This document shows positions 9,851-19,375 of a stretch of 64,000 nucleotides of DNA, in pieces; the first letter of the stretch is position 1; every line of letters begins with the position of its first letter. A model generated the notes under the pieces. The model was not told where the DNA came from and searched no databases. It worked only from the letters and a program-made list of their open reading frames with translations. Position numbers and translations under genes: made by a program. The DNA is taken from IMG/VR virus record IMGVR_UViG_3300030419_008158, positions 124,001 to 188,000 of that record. One strand, given 5' to 3'.

Positions 9851-11428
9851 TTATCTTTCCTTTGAAAATAAGTAGTTTTCCACTACTACGTAGTCTAACT
9901 CAGTATTATCGAGCACATGAAGAGCATCTGCTATTGTCGTTAAGATTGGAAACCCCCTGATATTGAAAGAAGTATTTAGAAGAACATTAGTATCTGATAT
10001 CTTTCCAAACTCTGTCAACAAATCATAAAATACTTCATGGTCTTCTCTGGTAACAGTCTGGAGTCTAGAAGTTCCGTCAATATGGGTTATTGCTGGAAGA
10101 ACTTCTTGATATTCTTTTTTGACAACAGGTGCGAAACTCATGTACTCCATACTGTCAAAACTACTGGACTCAAAATAATCGCCGGCTTCTTCTTTTTTGC
10201 AAAATGGAGCAAAGGGACGATACCATTCTCTAAATTTTACTTTTGCATTGAGACTGTCTTTCATTTTCTGGTAAGAAGGGTCACATACAATGCTTCTGTT
10301 CCCAAGAGCTCTGGGACCAACTTCAGAGTCGCCATAAACTAGACCTACAATTTTTCCGCTTTTTATGAGCTGCGCGACTTCAGCTAAGTTGACCTTCTTG
10401 GCACCTCTTTCTGAGACGTGCTTTTCTAGATCTTGCTTATCAAGCAATGGTATTCCACTATAGGTCACAATCGGTCTGTTTTCAGGCGGTGATACCAAGA
10501 ATGCAGCCCCAAGAGATAAGCCGCAGTCGTTTGGATTGGGTGGTACGTAAGGTGTCACACCAAATTGATTTTTTACTCTCTCATTCAACAAGACATTTAA
10601 AGATCCGCCACCGGTAAAACATATTCCTGCACTTGGAAATCTGTCTTTCCATCTGGCAAAGACATCTATGAAGGCTTCTTCGTACCCTTTTTGAAGAGTT
10701 GCAGCAAGATCATAAGCTGACTGTCCCGAAAATTTTGCATTAGACATCGGATTTTTCCAGGGATCGTCAGTATTTAAAAGATCTAAACCTGTTAGCTCAG
10801 AAAGTTTTTTATAGTCTCGATCAAAGAAAAATTCCTTAAAGTGGGGAACTAGTTCATCTTTAGCTTCTCCGTAAGCACACAGTCCCATGGATTTTCCTGG
10901 GAGTGCCAACTGGTGGCGACTATTATCACTTATTTCATGCAAAATTGAAGCACCTAGCATGTAACCACCGCCAAAGTCAGACTCTACTTTCTCCAAAAGA
11001 TTGATCTGGTTTTCTTTTGCGTGATAAACATTAAAAAAACCGTCATTTCCTCCACCATCAAAAGAAAATATTAGTGCTTCTTTATGAGGTGAAAGATAGT
11101 AAGCACAGCTAGCGTGACACTCATGGTGATTCTTTACCATGCCGATACTATTTGTCTCAAACACCTCTGCCAGAACGCTCAACGGATTGATTCCTCCGTC
11201 TGCTGTTACAATTACATGATCTGGATTGGAGAAATCCCAGAATTTTTTTGCAATGTCTTTACACTGCAAAAGAATGTTTCTTATAGCCTCTAGGTCGTTA
11301 TCAACGTGCAACCTAAAATATCTCTTTCGAACTAATCTCTCGAGCTCAATAATATGAATTTTTTGCTTTTCTGTGTCGTAGAATGTTATATTCGAATCGT
11401 GGCCGGCAAAAATATTTACTAATTTCAT
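9851..11428 (-). CDS. O-carbamoyltransferase (NodU/CmcH family)
   Basis: HHECHAS, FDGGG, GPRALGNRSI, KFREWYRPFAP, LLNTSFN. Confidence 0.92.
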   Translation of the reverse strand: MKLVNIFAGHDSNITFYDTEKQKIHIIELERLVRKRYFRLHVDNDLEAIRNILLQCKDIAKKFWDFSNPDHVIVTADGGINPLSVLAEVFETNSIGMVKNHHECHASCAYYLSPHKEALIFSFDGGGNDGFFNVYHAKENQINLLEKVESDFGGGYMLGASILHEISDNSRHQLALPGKSMGLCAYGEAKDELVPHFKEFFFDRDYKKLSELTGLDLLNTDDPWKNPMSNAKFSGQSAYDLAATLQKGYEEAFIDVFARWKDRFPSAGICFTGGGSLNVLLNERVKNQFGVTPYVPPNPNDCGLSLGAAFLVSPPENRPIVTYSGIPLLDKQDLEKHVSERGAKKVNLAEVAQLIKSGKIVGLVYGDSEVGPRALGNRSIVCDPSYQKMKDSLNAKVKFREWYRPFAPFCKKEEAGDYFESSSFDSMEYMSFAPVVKKEYQEVLPAITHIDGTSRLQTVTREDHEVFYDLLTEFGKISDTNVLLNTSFNIRGFPILTTIADALHVLDNTELDYVVVENYLFSKER

Positions 11429-11454
11429 AAATTACACCTATCGTGAGATAAACC

Positions 11455-12450
11455 TCAGTAGTTTTCGTTTGCTATGTCAACTAGCGACTTTATTCTATTG
11501 ACATAGGTGTGTTTTTCTTTTACTAGCTTTTGTGCATTTTTTATCATCTGCCAGTTCTCTCTATTTGATATACAGTTATGCAAAAGCTCATCTGTTTTTG
11601 GGTTGAATATACAGTTTCCTTCTAGCTCTTTGTATACTGCTTTTGAATTTGTCATTCCTAAGTGACCAAAACTAATGTTCTTAAAGATTCTTTCAGGAAC
11701 CATGTTAGTTCGAACATGTTCGGGCCCTCTTATTTCAACCCCTAAATAAGATTTCTTTGTCGTTTCCACTAGCTTGTCTGTTGTCACGGGAGACCGCCAG
11801 GGATCGTTGTGGTAAAACTCTATTCCTAGTTTTTGACATTCCTCAACAAAGGGCTTAAAGTTGGAAAAATTTTCATGCTGTCCCGCATTTGAAATGGAAC
11901 CTAGAAAATAAATTTTCTTTTCGTCTCGCTCTAAGTAGATATCGCTTTCTAGTATCTCATGAGGCAGAAGGTTGGTTGCCCAATTTATGTAAAGTCGATC
12001 AAAATCATCTATTTCATAAGAGACATATTGATTTGAAATTGTTACTTTTTGATCTTTCTTTTTCTCCATAAGACAGGAGGGACCGATGCTTATTGTGTCT
12101 AAGCTGGAGACGCTATAGTCGTGTATGTGATCCTTATGGTTGTCAACAGGCATTCTAACGTCTACGAACTTCTTAACACCCGCGTTTATGTACTTTGCCG
12201 GATCCGGGCAGTACCAGACAAAATAGCAGCTCGAATCATTCAGGGGAAGTTTTTTATCAGCAAATCCCTCACATAAAAACATTGTATTTGAAAAATCAAA
12301 ATCTTCAGGGAAGTCTTCATCATGAAACCAATAGACATCATAGCCCAAATAACTAAAAGCTTTTTGATAAGCTTCCCACCCATAAGATGCAGTATGAGAA
12401 TAGAGCGGATAACCCCATATTACAACTTTGTCGTAAGCAAAATTTTTCAT
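11455..12450 (-). CDS. Putative glycosyltransferase-like protein
   Basis: C-terminal RIFKNISFG...VKEKHTYVNRI resembles CgeB-like GT-B tails; island context. Weak call. Confidence 0.45.
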   Translation of the reverse strand: MKNFAYDKVVIWGYPLYSHTASYGWEAYQKAFSYLGYDVYWFHDEDFPEDFDFSNTMFLCEGFADKKLPLNDSSCYFVWYCPDPAKYINAGVKKFVDVRMPVDNHKDHIHDYSVSSLDTISIGPSCLMEKKKDQKVTISNQYVSYEIDDFDRLYINWATNLLPHEILESDIYLERDEKKIYFLGSISNAGQHENFSNFKPFVEECQKLGIEFYHNDPWRSPVTTDKLVETTKKSYLGVEIRGPEHVRTNMVPERIFKNISFGHLGMTNSKAVYKELEGNCIFNPKTDELLHNCISNRENWQMIKNAQKLVKEKHTYVNRIKSLVDIANENY

Positions 12451-13127
12451 TCTTGACTCGCATGGTTCATCTTGATATCTTCGAATCCTTCTCCGAAATT
12501 TCTCACAATTTCATTTTTTATCCCAACACGAATTTTATTTTTGTCTCTAAGCGTCAATGTTCTTCTTCCTACTTCTTCTAAGCCCAAAAGACCTTCTTTT
12601 CCTTTTCGTATGTCTGATTCCATGTCCCAACACTCGCCGTTTATCTTGTAGAGTCGATCAACATAAGGTTGTATTCCCTCATACTTGTCGAGTTCTCCCT
12701 TTAGCTGTGCCAGCTGGATAGATAAATCTTCCCCTTCAACTCTTTCATGTTTTAGTTTGCATATTGTGTAGCGATCGGCAACTTCTGCAATCGGATACGG
12801 TAGCGGAGACTTTTTCGGGTTCAACCAATCTGCTACATTTACTGCCTTGTCATCGATGTAAAAGTCTGCTTTAGGCTTTTTGTTCATTATGAGCTGGTGG
12901 TATTTTATTCCAAAATCTTTCATTTGATTTTCTGTAAACTCAGTGTAATCTTTCTTGCTAGTCATACCCCTGGCAGTCATCAAAATAATTTTATGACCTT
13001 TGTCATATAAAGAGTTTGCTTTGGATACTGCTCTTGACACAGGCAAGGCAGCGCTATAATCACCTTGCGTGTCAGTCACTAGTGTTCCATCAATATCAAA
13101 AACATAAGTTTTTATTTTTTCAACCAT
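12447..13127 (-). CDS. HAD phosphatase (capsule-biosynthesis type) fused to a helical DUF6165-like domain
   Basis: YVFDIDGTL...MTARG...KPKADFYIDDKAV, then PIAEVADRYTICKLK...LYKINGECWDME...KNKIRVGIKNEI. Confidence 0.7.
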   Translation of the reverse strand: MVEKIKTYVFDIDGTLVTDTQGDYSAALPVSRAVSKANSLYDKGHKIILMTARGMTSKKDYTEFTENQMKDFGIKYHQLIMNKKPKADFYIDDKAVNVADWLNPKKSPLPYPIAEVADRYTICKLKHERVEGEDLSIQLAQLKGELDKYEGIQPYVDRLYKINGECWDMESDIRKGKEGLLGLEEVGRRTLTLRDKNKIRVGIKNEIVRNFGEGFEDIKMNHASQE

Positions 13128-13774
13128 TCTGAAAAATCCTTCATGAAGCCGTCTATTGATTTTCTGGTTCCTTCATGTTCTAATCCCATTTCAATAATTG
13201 CCGGGCTGGCAGTAGCAATATGAGCCCCACAATCCCAAGATGTTACAATATCTTCTGGCTTTCGAATACTGCCGGCGATGATTTCACAGTCCAAATTATG
13301 ATATTCAATAAACCTTCTAGTCGTTTCAAGGTGCGACTTTACATCTTCTCCCGAATCGATTGCGCGCCTATAAAAAAGAGAAACATATCTGGCACCGCAT
13401 TTTGCAGCAGCAGTCAGCTGATTTGATGTGTAGCCGCACGTTGCATTAATTTTTATTCCCTCACTGGCAAGCCTAGAAATGACAGGCAAATATTTCATTT
13501 CTATTGGAACTTTTACACTGAGGTTTTCTGAAACGTTTTTTACTAGATTGACTGCATCAGTGTAGACATCTTCCGGGTCTAGAGAGAAAACTTCTACACT
13601 CAGCGGTAAATTACTTTGATTGCAGACTTTAGAAATCTCTCTACACATTTCTAAGAAGTTTCCTTTCGGCTCTTTAGCAAAAAGACTTGGGTTGGTAGTT
13701 ACACCATCTATTAGATTACAAGAAATCAAATTTTTTATCTGGCCTAAGTTTGCAGTATCAGCAAAAACTTTCAT
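13112..13774 (-). CDS. tal: Transaldolase / fructose-6-phosphate aldolase family
   Basis: FADTA, GVTTNPS, VKVP (Schiff-base Lys), INAT, YVSLF..R, IIAGSIR. Confidence 0.88.
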   Translation of the reverse strand: MKVFADTANLGQIKNLISCNLIDGVTTNPSLFAKEPKGNFLEMCREISKVCNQSNLPLSVEVFSLDPEDVYTDAVNLVKNVSENLSVKVPIEMKYLPVISRLASEGIKINATCGYTSNQLTAAAKCGARYVSLFYRRAIDSGEDVKSHLETTRRFIEYHNLDCEIIAGSIRKPEDIVTSWDCGAHIATASPAIIEMGLEHEGTRKSIDGFMKDFSEWLKK

Positions 13775-14193
13775 GTGTCCTCCTTGTGAACATATTTTAG
13801 TCCATCCTCAACAATATGTGAATCTCCATCGTCATCTTTTGTGGAGACTTCAATAATAACACAGTCAACAGGCGCAATTCTCATATGCATTAGACCAGGC
13901 TCAATATGAAAAACGTCACCCTGTTTTAACATTACAGATTTATTTTGTGCTCTACCGATTCGAACGCCTACCTTAAGTTGGCCACTCTCAATATAGTACA
14001 TTTCTTTCTTTTTAATGTGAAACTCCATGCTGCTCTGGGAGCCGGCTTTCATAAAAATTCTTTTGACAGAATGCACATCATCTTCAAATATTGTTGTCAT
14101 ATGACCCCAGTACTTTTCGATATGCTTTACCGGTGAAGTAGCTTGAGGCAAATCTTGTCGACCATATTTGATGTCAGTTCCCGTCTTGTCCAT
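13771..14193 (-). CDS. Cupin (sugar isomerase/epimerase-like)
   Basis: EKYWG, SMEFHIKKKE, IEPGLMHMR, IIEVST. Start placed at ATG 14193 by the GGAG SD. Confidence 0.75.
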   Translation of the reverse strand: MDKTGTDIKYGRQDLPQATSPVKHIEKYWGHMTTIFEDDVHSVKRIFMKAGSQSSMEFHIKKKEMYYIESGQLKVGVRIGRAQNKSVMLKQGDVFHIEPGLMHMRIAPVDCVIIEVSTKDDDGDSHIVEDGLKYVHKEDT

Positions 14194-14857
14194 ACCTTCT
14201 CCCTTTGCCATGCTTCCTGTCCCAGTGAAAACTAGAAATAGTCGAAGATATCTTCATTCTTCCACCCAAAGATTCTGTAATATATGCCATTTTAGCTATC
14301 TCCTCTAAAGCAATGGCAACATCGACAGCATTTTCTTTTTCTGACCACGTGAAGGGTCCATGACTGCTTAGAAGAATTGCACCGCTATCTTTAGAAGTTA
14401 AGTTTTTTGCAATATAAACTCCCAACTCTTTCTCATGCTGGTCTCCTGCTTCATAAATTGAAATAGGAGAATTTATGACCCTAACTGTGTCAACAAACAT
14501 GTCTGCATGGGTTGTTCCATACATTTGTATGTCTCTATTGGCTTGTGCAAAAGATGTCGCATATGTAGAATGATTATGGCAAATTGAACTTATGTGTGTC
14601 ATTGCTCTGTAAATCTCGACATGTATTGGTGTGTCAATAGAACACTTAAGACCCGATAGTTGATTGTAGCTCATATCAATAACTGCTATATCGCTTTCGC
14701 TCATTTTTTCAACATCTACACCACTGGGCTTTATATACACCAAAGAATTTTCTCTGTCTATGCAGCTATAATTTCCCCATGTTAGCTTTGCTAAATTTTC
14801 ACTTTTTATTTTTCTATTTTCTCTCAAACAAAGGGCAAGAAAATTCTTACTTGACAT
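14174..14857 (-). CDS. Class II aldolase/epimerase (AraD-like)
   Basis: WGNYS, IKPSG, SIDTPIH, ICHNHS, GTTHAD, LLSSHGPF. Confidence 0.85.
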   Translation of the reverse strand: MSSKNFLALCLRENRKIKSENLAKLTWGNYSCIDRENSLVYIKPSGVDVEKMSESDIAVIDMSYNQLSGLKCSIDTPIHVEIYRAMTHISSICHNHSTYATSFAQANRDIQMYGTTHADMFVDTVRVINSPISIYEAGDQHEKELGVYIAKNLTSKDSGAILLSSHGPFTWSEKENAVDVAIALEEIAKMAYITESLGGRMKISSTISSFHWDRKHGKGRRYGQDGN

Positions 14858-15668
14858 TTTCAGCCCTCCTTAGATAATTGTAAGCTGTGGTGTCTCCGAA
14901 CACGATAGCGTCATGCAAGTTTTTTCCATTGTATGTTGCACAAAAACCTGCAAAAAAGGCATCTCCTGCTCCGTGATAATCGCTAACGTCATCTATCGCC
15001 CTTGGTTTGTGAACAATTTTTTTATTTTCAGAACATGCAATAATTTCATCTTTGCCATCCGTTGCAACACACACATCAAACATATTTTGTCTCAGTATGT
15101 GCTCAATATCTTTTTTTGGTACTTCGTTCTCATTGCCAACAAAACAGTGAAACCCAAGATATTTTTTAATACTTTCGCTGGAATCGCTTACTTGCATTTG
15201 ACATATTGTTTTATTCTTGGGTAATATTTTCAATATTTGATCACTAACAACACCCAATCGATAATCAGAAACCACTATCAAATCATATGTGGGCATCTTT
15301 CTATGCGATGTCCAAACAGTAGTTGGTTCTATGGGCATACAGTCATTTATTTGCAAGTATTTGTAAGAAGCATCTTTTACAAGATAGAACCTTTCTTTGA
15401 TTTGATCTCTTTTTCCAGAGCAAATTACATTAATTCCTGGATTTGTTTCCAAAATCTTGCGATGTTCATCTGAAACTGAGGTTACAAAGTCTACATCGCA
15501 ACCTAGTTGCGACATTTTTATTGCTACATTTGCGGCGCCGCCGAGAGATTGATATTCTCTAATTTTTTGACATTTTATCGTAGGTGTTTCTAGACTAAAA
15601 CCCGTAGGTTGTAGATACACATACTTGTCTATGATTGTGTCACCTATCAGAAGGACTAATTTTTTCAT
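14847..15668 (-). CDS. PfkB-family sugar kinase (HldE kinase-domain-like)
   Basis: LIGDTIIDKY, GGAANVA, DYRLG, GAGDAFFAG. Confidence 0.8.
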   Translation of the reverse strand: MKKLVLLIGDTIIDKYVYLQPTGFSLETPTIKCQKIREYQSLGGAANVAIKMSQLGCDVDFVTSVSDEHRKILETNPGINVICSGKRDQIKERFYLVKDASYKYLQINDCMPIEPTTVWTSHRKMPTYDLIVVSDYRLGVVSDQILKILPKNKTICQMQVSDSSESIKKYLGFHCFVGNENEVPKKDIEHILRQNMFDVCVATDGKDEIIACSENKKIVHKPRAIDDVSDYHGAGDAFFAGFCATYNGKNLHDAIVFGDTTAYNYLRRAENVK

Positions 15669-16521
15669 GTGTTCTTAGCTCTCGTATTCTTCTGAGTTGG
15701 TCTGTTGTAGAAAAACCAGATGTTAGTGGCAGTGTCATGATCTTTACTTGATCTGGAATTTTGTCTCTTTTTCTAACTTCTTCTGCAGTCCACTCCCCTC
15801 CTTTTACAACAATTTCTGGCACTAGGCTTTCAATAATATTTCGTAGCTCTTCCTCTGTGTTAAAAACTATTACTTCATCGACATTTTTCATCGACAGCAG
15901 TATTTCTCTTCTAAAGCTTTGATTATTAATAGGTCTGTCTGGGCCCTTCAAGTGTTTTACTCTATCATCAGAGTCTATTGCAATTATAAGTTTTCCACCA
16001 CAACTCTTGGCGAAATTTAGCAAGTCCAAATGACCCTTGTGAAGCACATCAAATACACCGTTTGCAATTACTAAACCAGGAACAGGATCTATTTTTGCTA
16101 TTCGCTTATTGTGACGACCTTCTCCGTACGGAGTTTTTAGCCATGTTTTGACAATATCGATATTTTTTTTCTCACTATTAATCCAAGCTCCCAAGCAAAG
16201 GACATTTGAATCATTATGCTCCCTAGTTTTTTCTGATGTTGTTAGATTGTGGACTAAAGATGCTCTGGCTCCTGTAATTCTATTAGCAACAATAGACATT
16301 CCTACTCCAGTACCACAAATCAATATTCCTTTATTGTTCGGATTGTCTGAGACGATTTGTGCTACTTGGTATGCATAATCTACATAGTCAACTTTTCCAT
16401 GCTCATCATATGGTCCCAAGTCTATCGGAAGAAATCCTAGGGATTTCAAATTTTCAACGACACGCTTTTTTAGCTTTACACCGTTGTGATCAGATGCTAT
16501 TACAACTGTTTTTTCGCTCAT
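15640..16521 (-). CDS. rpiB: RpiB sugar-phosphate isomerase fused to an HldE-type nucleotidyltransferase domain
   Basis: ASDHNG, ILICGTGVGMSIVANR, HNDSNVLCLG, then NGVFDVLHKGH, GPDRP, VKGGEW. Confidence 0.88.
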   Translation of the reverse strand: MSEKTVVIASDHNGVKLKKRVVENLKSLGFLPIDLGPYDEHGKVDYVDYAYQVAQIVSDNPNNKGILICGTGVGMSIVANRITGARASLVHNLTTSEKTREHNDSNVLCLGAWINSEKKNIDIVKTWLKTPYGEGRHNKRIAKIDPVPGLVIANGVFDVLHKGHLDLLNFAKSCGGKLIIAIDSDDRVKHLKGPDRPINNQSFRREILLSMKNVDEVIVFNTEEELRNIIESLVPEIVVKGGEWTAEEVRKRDKIPDQVKIMTLPLTSGFSTTDQLRRIRELRTHEKISPSDR

Positions 16522-17289
16522 CTAAAACCTCGGAAGTGTAACATTGATTGGAAGATTGACACACTGAATTCCATGCCGGGCCAAATTTATTGCCAAAGCC
16601 ATCTCATTACAAATTGGGTGAGAATTTGGAGTTTTTTCAATGTCTGAATAGATCTTCTTGTAAGATAAGAATGTAGTACCATAAATCATCATATTTTCAA
16701 AACTTGAAAAATTTAACCAATCTGAAATGTGTCCATATTTTTTGGACATGTCGATTGCGTACATGTAGCTTTGATCAAATTGAGACATAATCAGGGGTGT
16801 CATTACATTAATGTCAAATCGACACCTTATCACGGCGTCATACTCCTGACCTGTTTTGAGACAGTGATGATACATCATTTGTGTCGACTCGTAAATAGAT
16901 GACCACATGCTAAGATTATTTGAAAGAATAAACTTTTCGTAGTCTCTATGTGTCATTCCTGCTTCTTCAGCTTCTTTTTCTGTTCCCGGAGAATAAACAT
17001 CAAATGTTCTTTTCAAAGACACACTTGGCATTAGAAATTTTCTAGTGGGTTCAACTTTACTGGCTAAGGGTGCATAGAGTTGTATAGCTTTTTCGTGAGA
17101 ATTAGAATCTATTCTCTTTTTCTTCCACCCACCATCTCCTCCGTATTTATAAGGCTCATTTTCATCTTCATAAGACCAGGCATGTAAAAATATATCTGGA
17201 TTGTTCGGTTCAATAATGTTTTTTAGAATGCTTTCGTAGCACTCATCAAGAAATCTAGGTTGGCCGGACATGCACAATGCAACTTTCAC
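16522..17289 (-). CDS. Hypothetical glycan-associated protein
   Basis: MKVALCMSGQPR start, YDAVIRCRFD, SDWLNF; type commonly seen in polysaccharide loci; function unassigned. Confidence 0.55.
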   Translation of the reverse strand: MKVALCMSGQPRFLDECYESILKNIIEPNNPDIFLHAWSYEDENEPYKYGGDGGWKKKRIDSNSHEKAIQLYAPLASKVEPTRKFLMPSVSLKRTFDVYSPGTEKEAEEAGMTHRDYEKFILSNNLSMWSSIYESTQMMYHHCLKTGQEYDAVIRCRFDINVMTPLIMSQFDQSYMYAIDMSKKYGHISDWLNFSSFENMMIYGTTFLSYKKIYSDIEKTPNSHPICNEMALAINLARHGIQCVNLPINVTLPRF

Positions 17290-18305
17290 TTTGTCTCCTT
17301 TGAGTCTATCTGTGATTTTGCATATTCCACGACTGCTTCAACACCCTTGACAAGACCAACTTTTGTCTTCCAACCTAAAATATTTTCTACCTTTTTAGAA
17401 GACCCTAAGCTAAATTTGTTCACCTCAGAAACTACTCTTTCTTGCGGAAGAGGTAGAGGGCCACTAAATAGTTCTGGGTATTTGTCCCAAAACTTTTCTG
17501 CACTTTCAAAAGATGGCTCAATATAAGTTCCGAAACTTTCACAAAATATTTTGTATATTTCTTTTACAGAATATGCCGTGCCGGACGAAACATTGAAGAT
17601 TTCTCCCGGAACATCACTTCGCTTTAAACACATTTCTACCAAATCAACCAGATCGCTTATATAGACATAGTCTCTCTTTTGATCTCCGCTGGAGAAGAAT
17701 GTGGGCTTTTCACCCTGAAGGAGGCATTTTGTAATGTATCCCATTAGTGGGGGATGTTTTCTTCTAAAATCTTGATGTGGTCCGTAAACATTAAAGAATC
17801 TAAGGGTAATAACATCCATTTTGTATGTGGAAGCATATGCTTTACACAGTGATTCACACTGTAATTTACTGACTGCGTAAACGAGGTCAGGATTGGACTC
17901 GAGTCTATCTTCCACAAAGGGAGTAATTTTACAATTTTCATAAATTGCACTAGTGCTGGCAAAAATAAACTTCTTAATTCCCTTTTTTCTGCATGCTTCT
18001 AGCATATTGGCAGTTCCAGTAACGTTATTATCGATTGTCTTGCTAGGGTTTAGCTGACAATCTGGCAAAGGGGCAATTCCCGCCATGTGTATTACAGCAT
18101 CAACTCCCTCTAAGTGCTGTCCTATGTCTTTGTCTCTAACGTCTGCATGTATAAACTCACCTACTTTTTTACCGTCGACTGTGAGATTATCTTCATGGCC
18201 ATAGCTCATATTATCTAAAAGGACAACGTAGTGTCCGTTTTCTTCAAGATGATGTCCTATTTGTGAACCAATAAATCCGGCTCCACCTGTTATAAGAATT
18301 TTCAC
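17286..18305 (-). CDS. NAD-dependent epimerase/dehydratase (extended SDR)
   Basis: GGAGFIGS, YAVSK, LRFFNVYGP, GDQKRDY. Confidence 0.9.
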   Translation of the reverse strand: MKILITGGAGFIGSQIGHHLEENGHYVVLLDNMSYGHEDNLTVDGKKVGEFIHADVRDKDIGQHLEGVDAVIHMAGIAPLPDCQLNPSKTIDNNVTGTANMLEACRKKGIKKFIFASTSAIYENCKITPFVEDRLESNPDLVYAVSKLQCESLCKAYASTYKMDVITLRFFNVYGPHQDFRRKHPPLMGYITKCLLQGEKPTFFSSGDQKRDYVYISDLVDLVEMCLKRSDVPGEIFNVSSGTAYSVKEIYKIFCESFGTYIEPSFESAEKFWDKYPELFSGPLPLPQERVVSEVNKFSLGSSKKVENILGWKTKVGLVKGVEAVVEYAKSQIDSKETK

Positions 18306-19375
18306 GTAATGTATTCTCCTAGAAGTTCATTTCTTTTTATTGATATTGATTGACAGGATGGGTGTGGGTTTGTTGGAGCAAAATCATTTATAATAATTCG
18401 TCTGCTGTGATTGCATCCTGAGATTATTTGTTTGTATTGAATATCATTATCTTTTAGTAATTGCCTAAACTCTAGAAGAAATTCTTCTGTTCTAGCTGTC
18501 ATAAAAATTATCTCATTCCCTTCCTTCGACAGCCTTTTGACAGTGTCAATATTTTCTTGAATGGGTTCAAAATAGTTTGACCAGTTATTTTTACCAAATC
18601 TTCCACTATTTTTCAAAAGAACACCATCAATATCAAAGATGTATGTTTTGTAACGCCCTAGTTCTTCATACCAATCTTCTTTAGTGCCCCAGTCTATAAA
18701 TTCATCTGCCTCGACATATTCAAAAATAGCCTCTTCACATACTATTAGATAAGAAATTACATGACTAACATATACTTCACTTAGATTTTTGTAGACTTCA
18801 TGATCTCGTATTTTTTCATACGCTCGACAAAATTCATTGGCATCCGATGAATATACACCCAAACAAATAATGTTAGAAACCATCTCTTTTTCGATGATGT
18901 CTGTTATAATGTCGTCGTCATTTTTAATGATAAAGCTTTTTTGCTGCACTCTATCAATATTTGATTTAGCAGATACACTCAAACCAACGATATGATTTGA
19001 GCTACTAGGAAGCTTTGAACGAACAAGACAGTCGGTATCTTTTATAGTTATTTTTCCTGTCACAGAAAGCTGCTTTAAAGTCTCGTATACAGTCTCAGAT
19101 GCAGAGGATGTCGGATTTTTTAGAGATAGAACTTCTACTTTTTTTCCAAAAACCTGATTTAGAATCGTATCAGCATCATACTTTTCACAATGATCATTTA
19201 GGACTGTGACTATAATTCTGTCAAATGAATTTGGATTCTCTTCAAGAAAAGACGAAATCACCTTGTCAATCATAAGTCGGCCATCTGGGTGTGTCAAAAG
19301 CCACTTGGGTCTCATGCCGGGATATCTACTTGATTTTCCAGCTGCTGGTACTATTAATGTTGATTTATTTTTCAA
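18302..19375 (-). CDS. Sugar nucleotidyltransferase fused to a C-terminal HAD phosphatase
   Basis: VPAAGKSSRYP...PKW N-terminal motif and DWGT; then YIFDIDGVL...MTAR...IIINDF. Confidence 0.75.
   Translation of the reverse strand: MKNKSTLIVPAAGKSSRYPGMRPKWLLTHPDGRLMIDKVISSFLEENPNSFDRIIVTVLNDHCEKYDADTILNQVFGKKVEVLSLKNPTSSASETVYETLKQLSVTGKITIKDTDCLVRSKLPSSSNHIVGLSVSAKSNIDRVQQKSFIIKNDDDIITDIIEKEMVSNIICLGVYSSDANEFCRAYEKIRDHEVYKNLSEVYVSHVISYLIVCEEAIFEYVEADEFIDWGTKEDWYEELGRYKTYIFDIDGVLLKNSGRFGKNNWSNYFEPIQENIDTVKRLSKEGNEIIFMTARTEEFLLEFRQLLKDNDIQYKQIISGCNHSRRIIINDFAPTNPHPSCQSISIKRNELLGEYIT

Noticed and set aside
9851-11428. Carbamoyltransferase as a DNA hypermodification enzyme
   Set aside because: No hydroxymethylase or thymidylate-synthase-like or base-kinase neighbours; the context is glycan. 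Not fully excluded without the rest of the genome.
13112-13774. Transaldolase as a cyanophage-style pentose-phosphate auxiliary gene
   Set aside because: No photosynthesis, zwf, gnd or cp12 genes in the window; it overlaps sugar-nucleotide genes on both sides, so a glycan-precursor role fits better.
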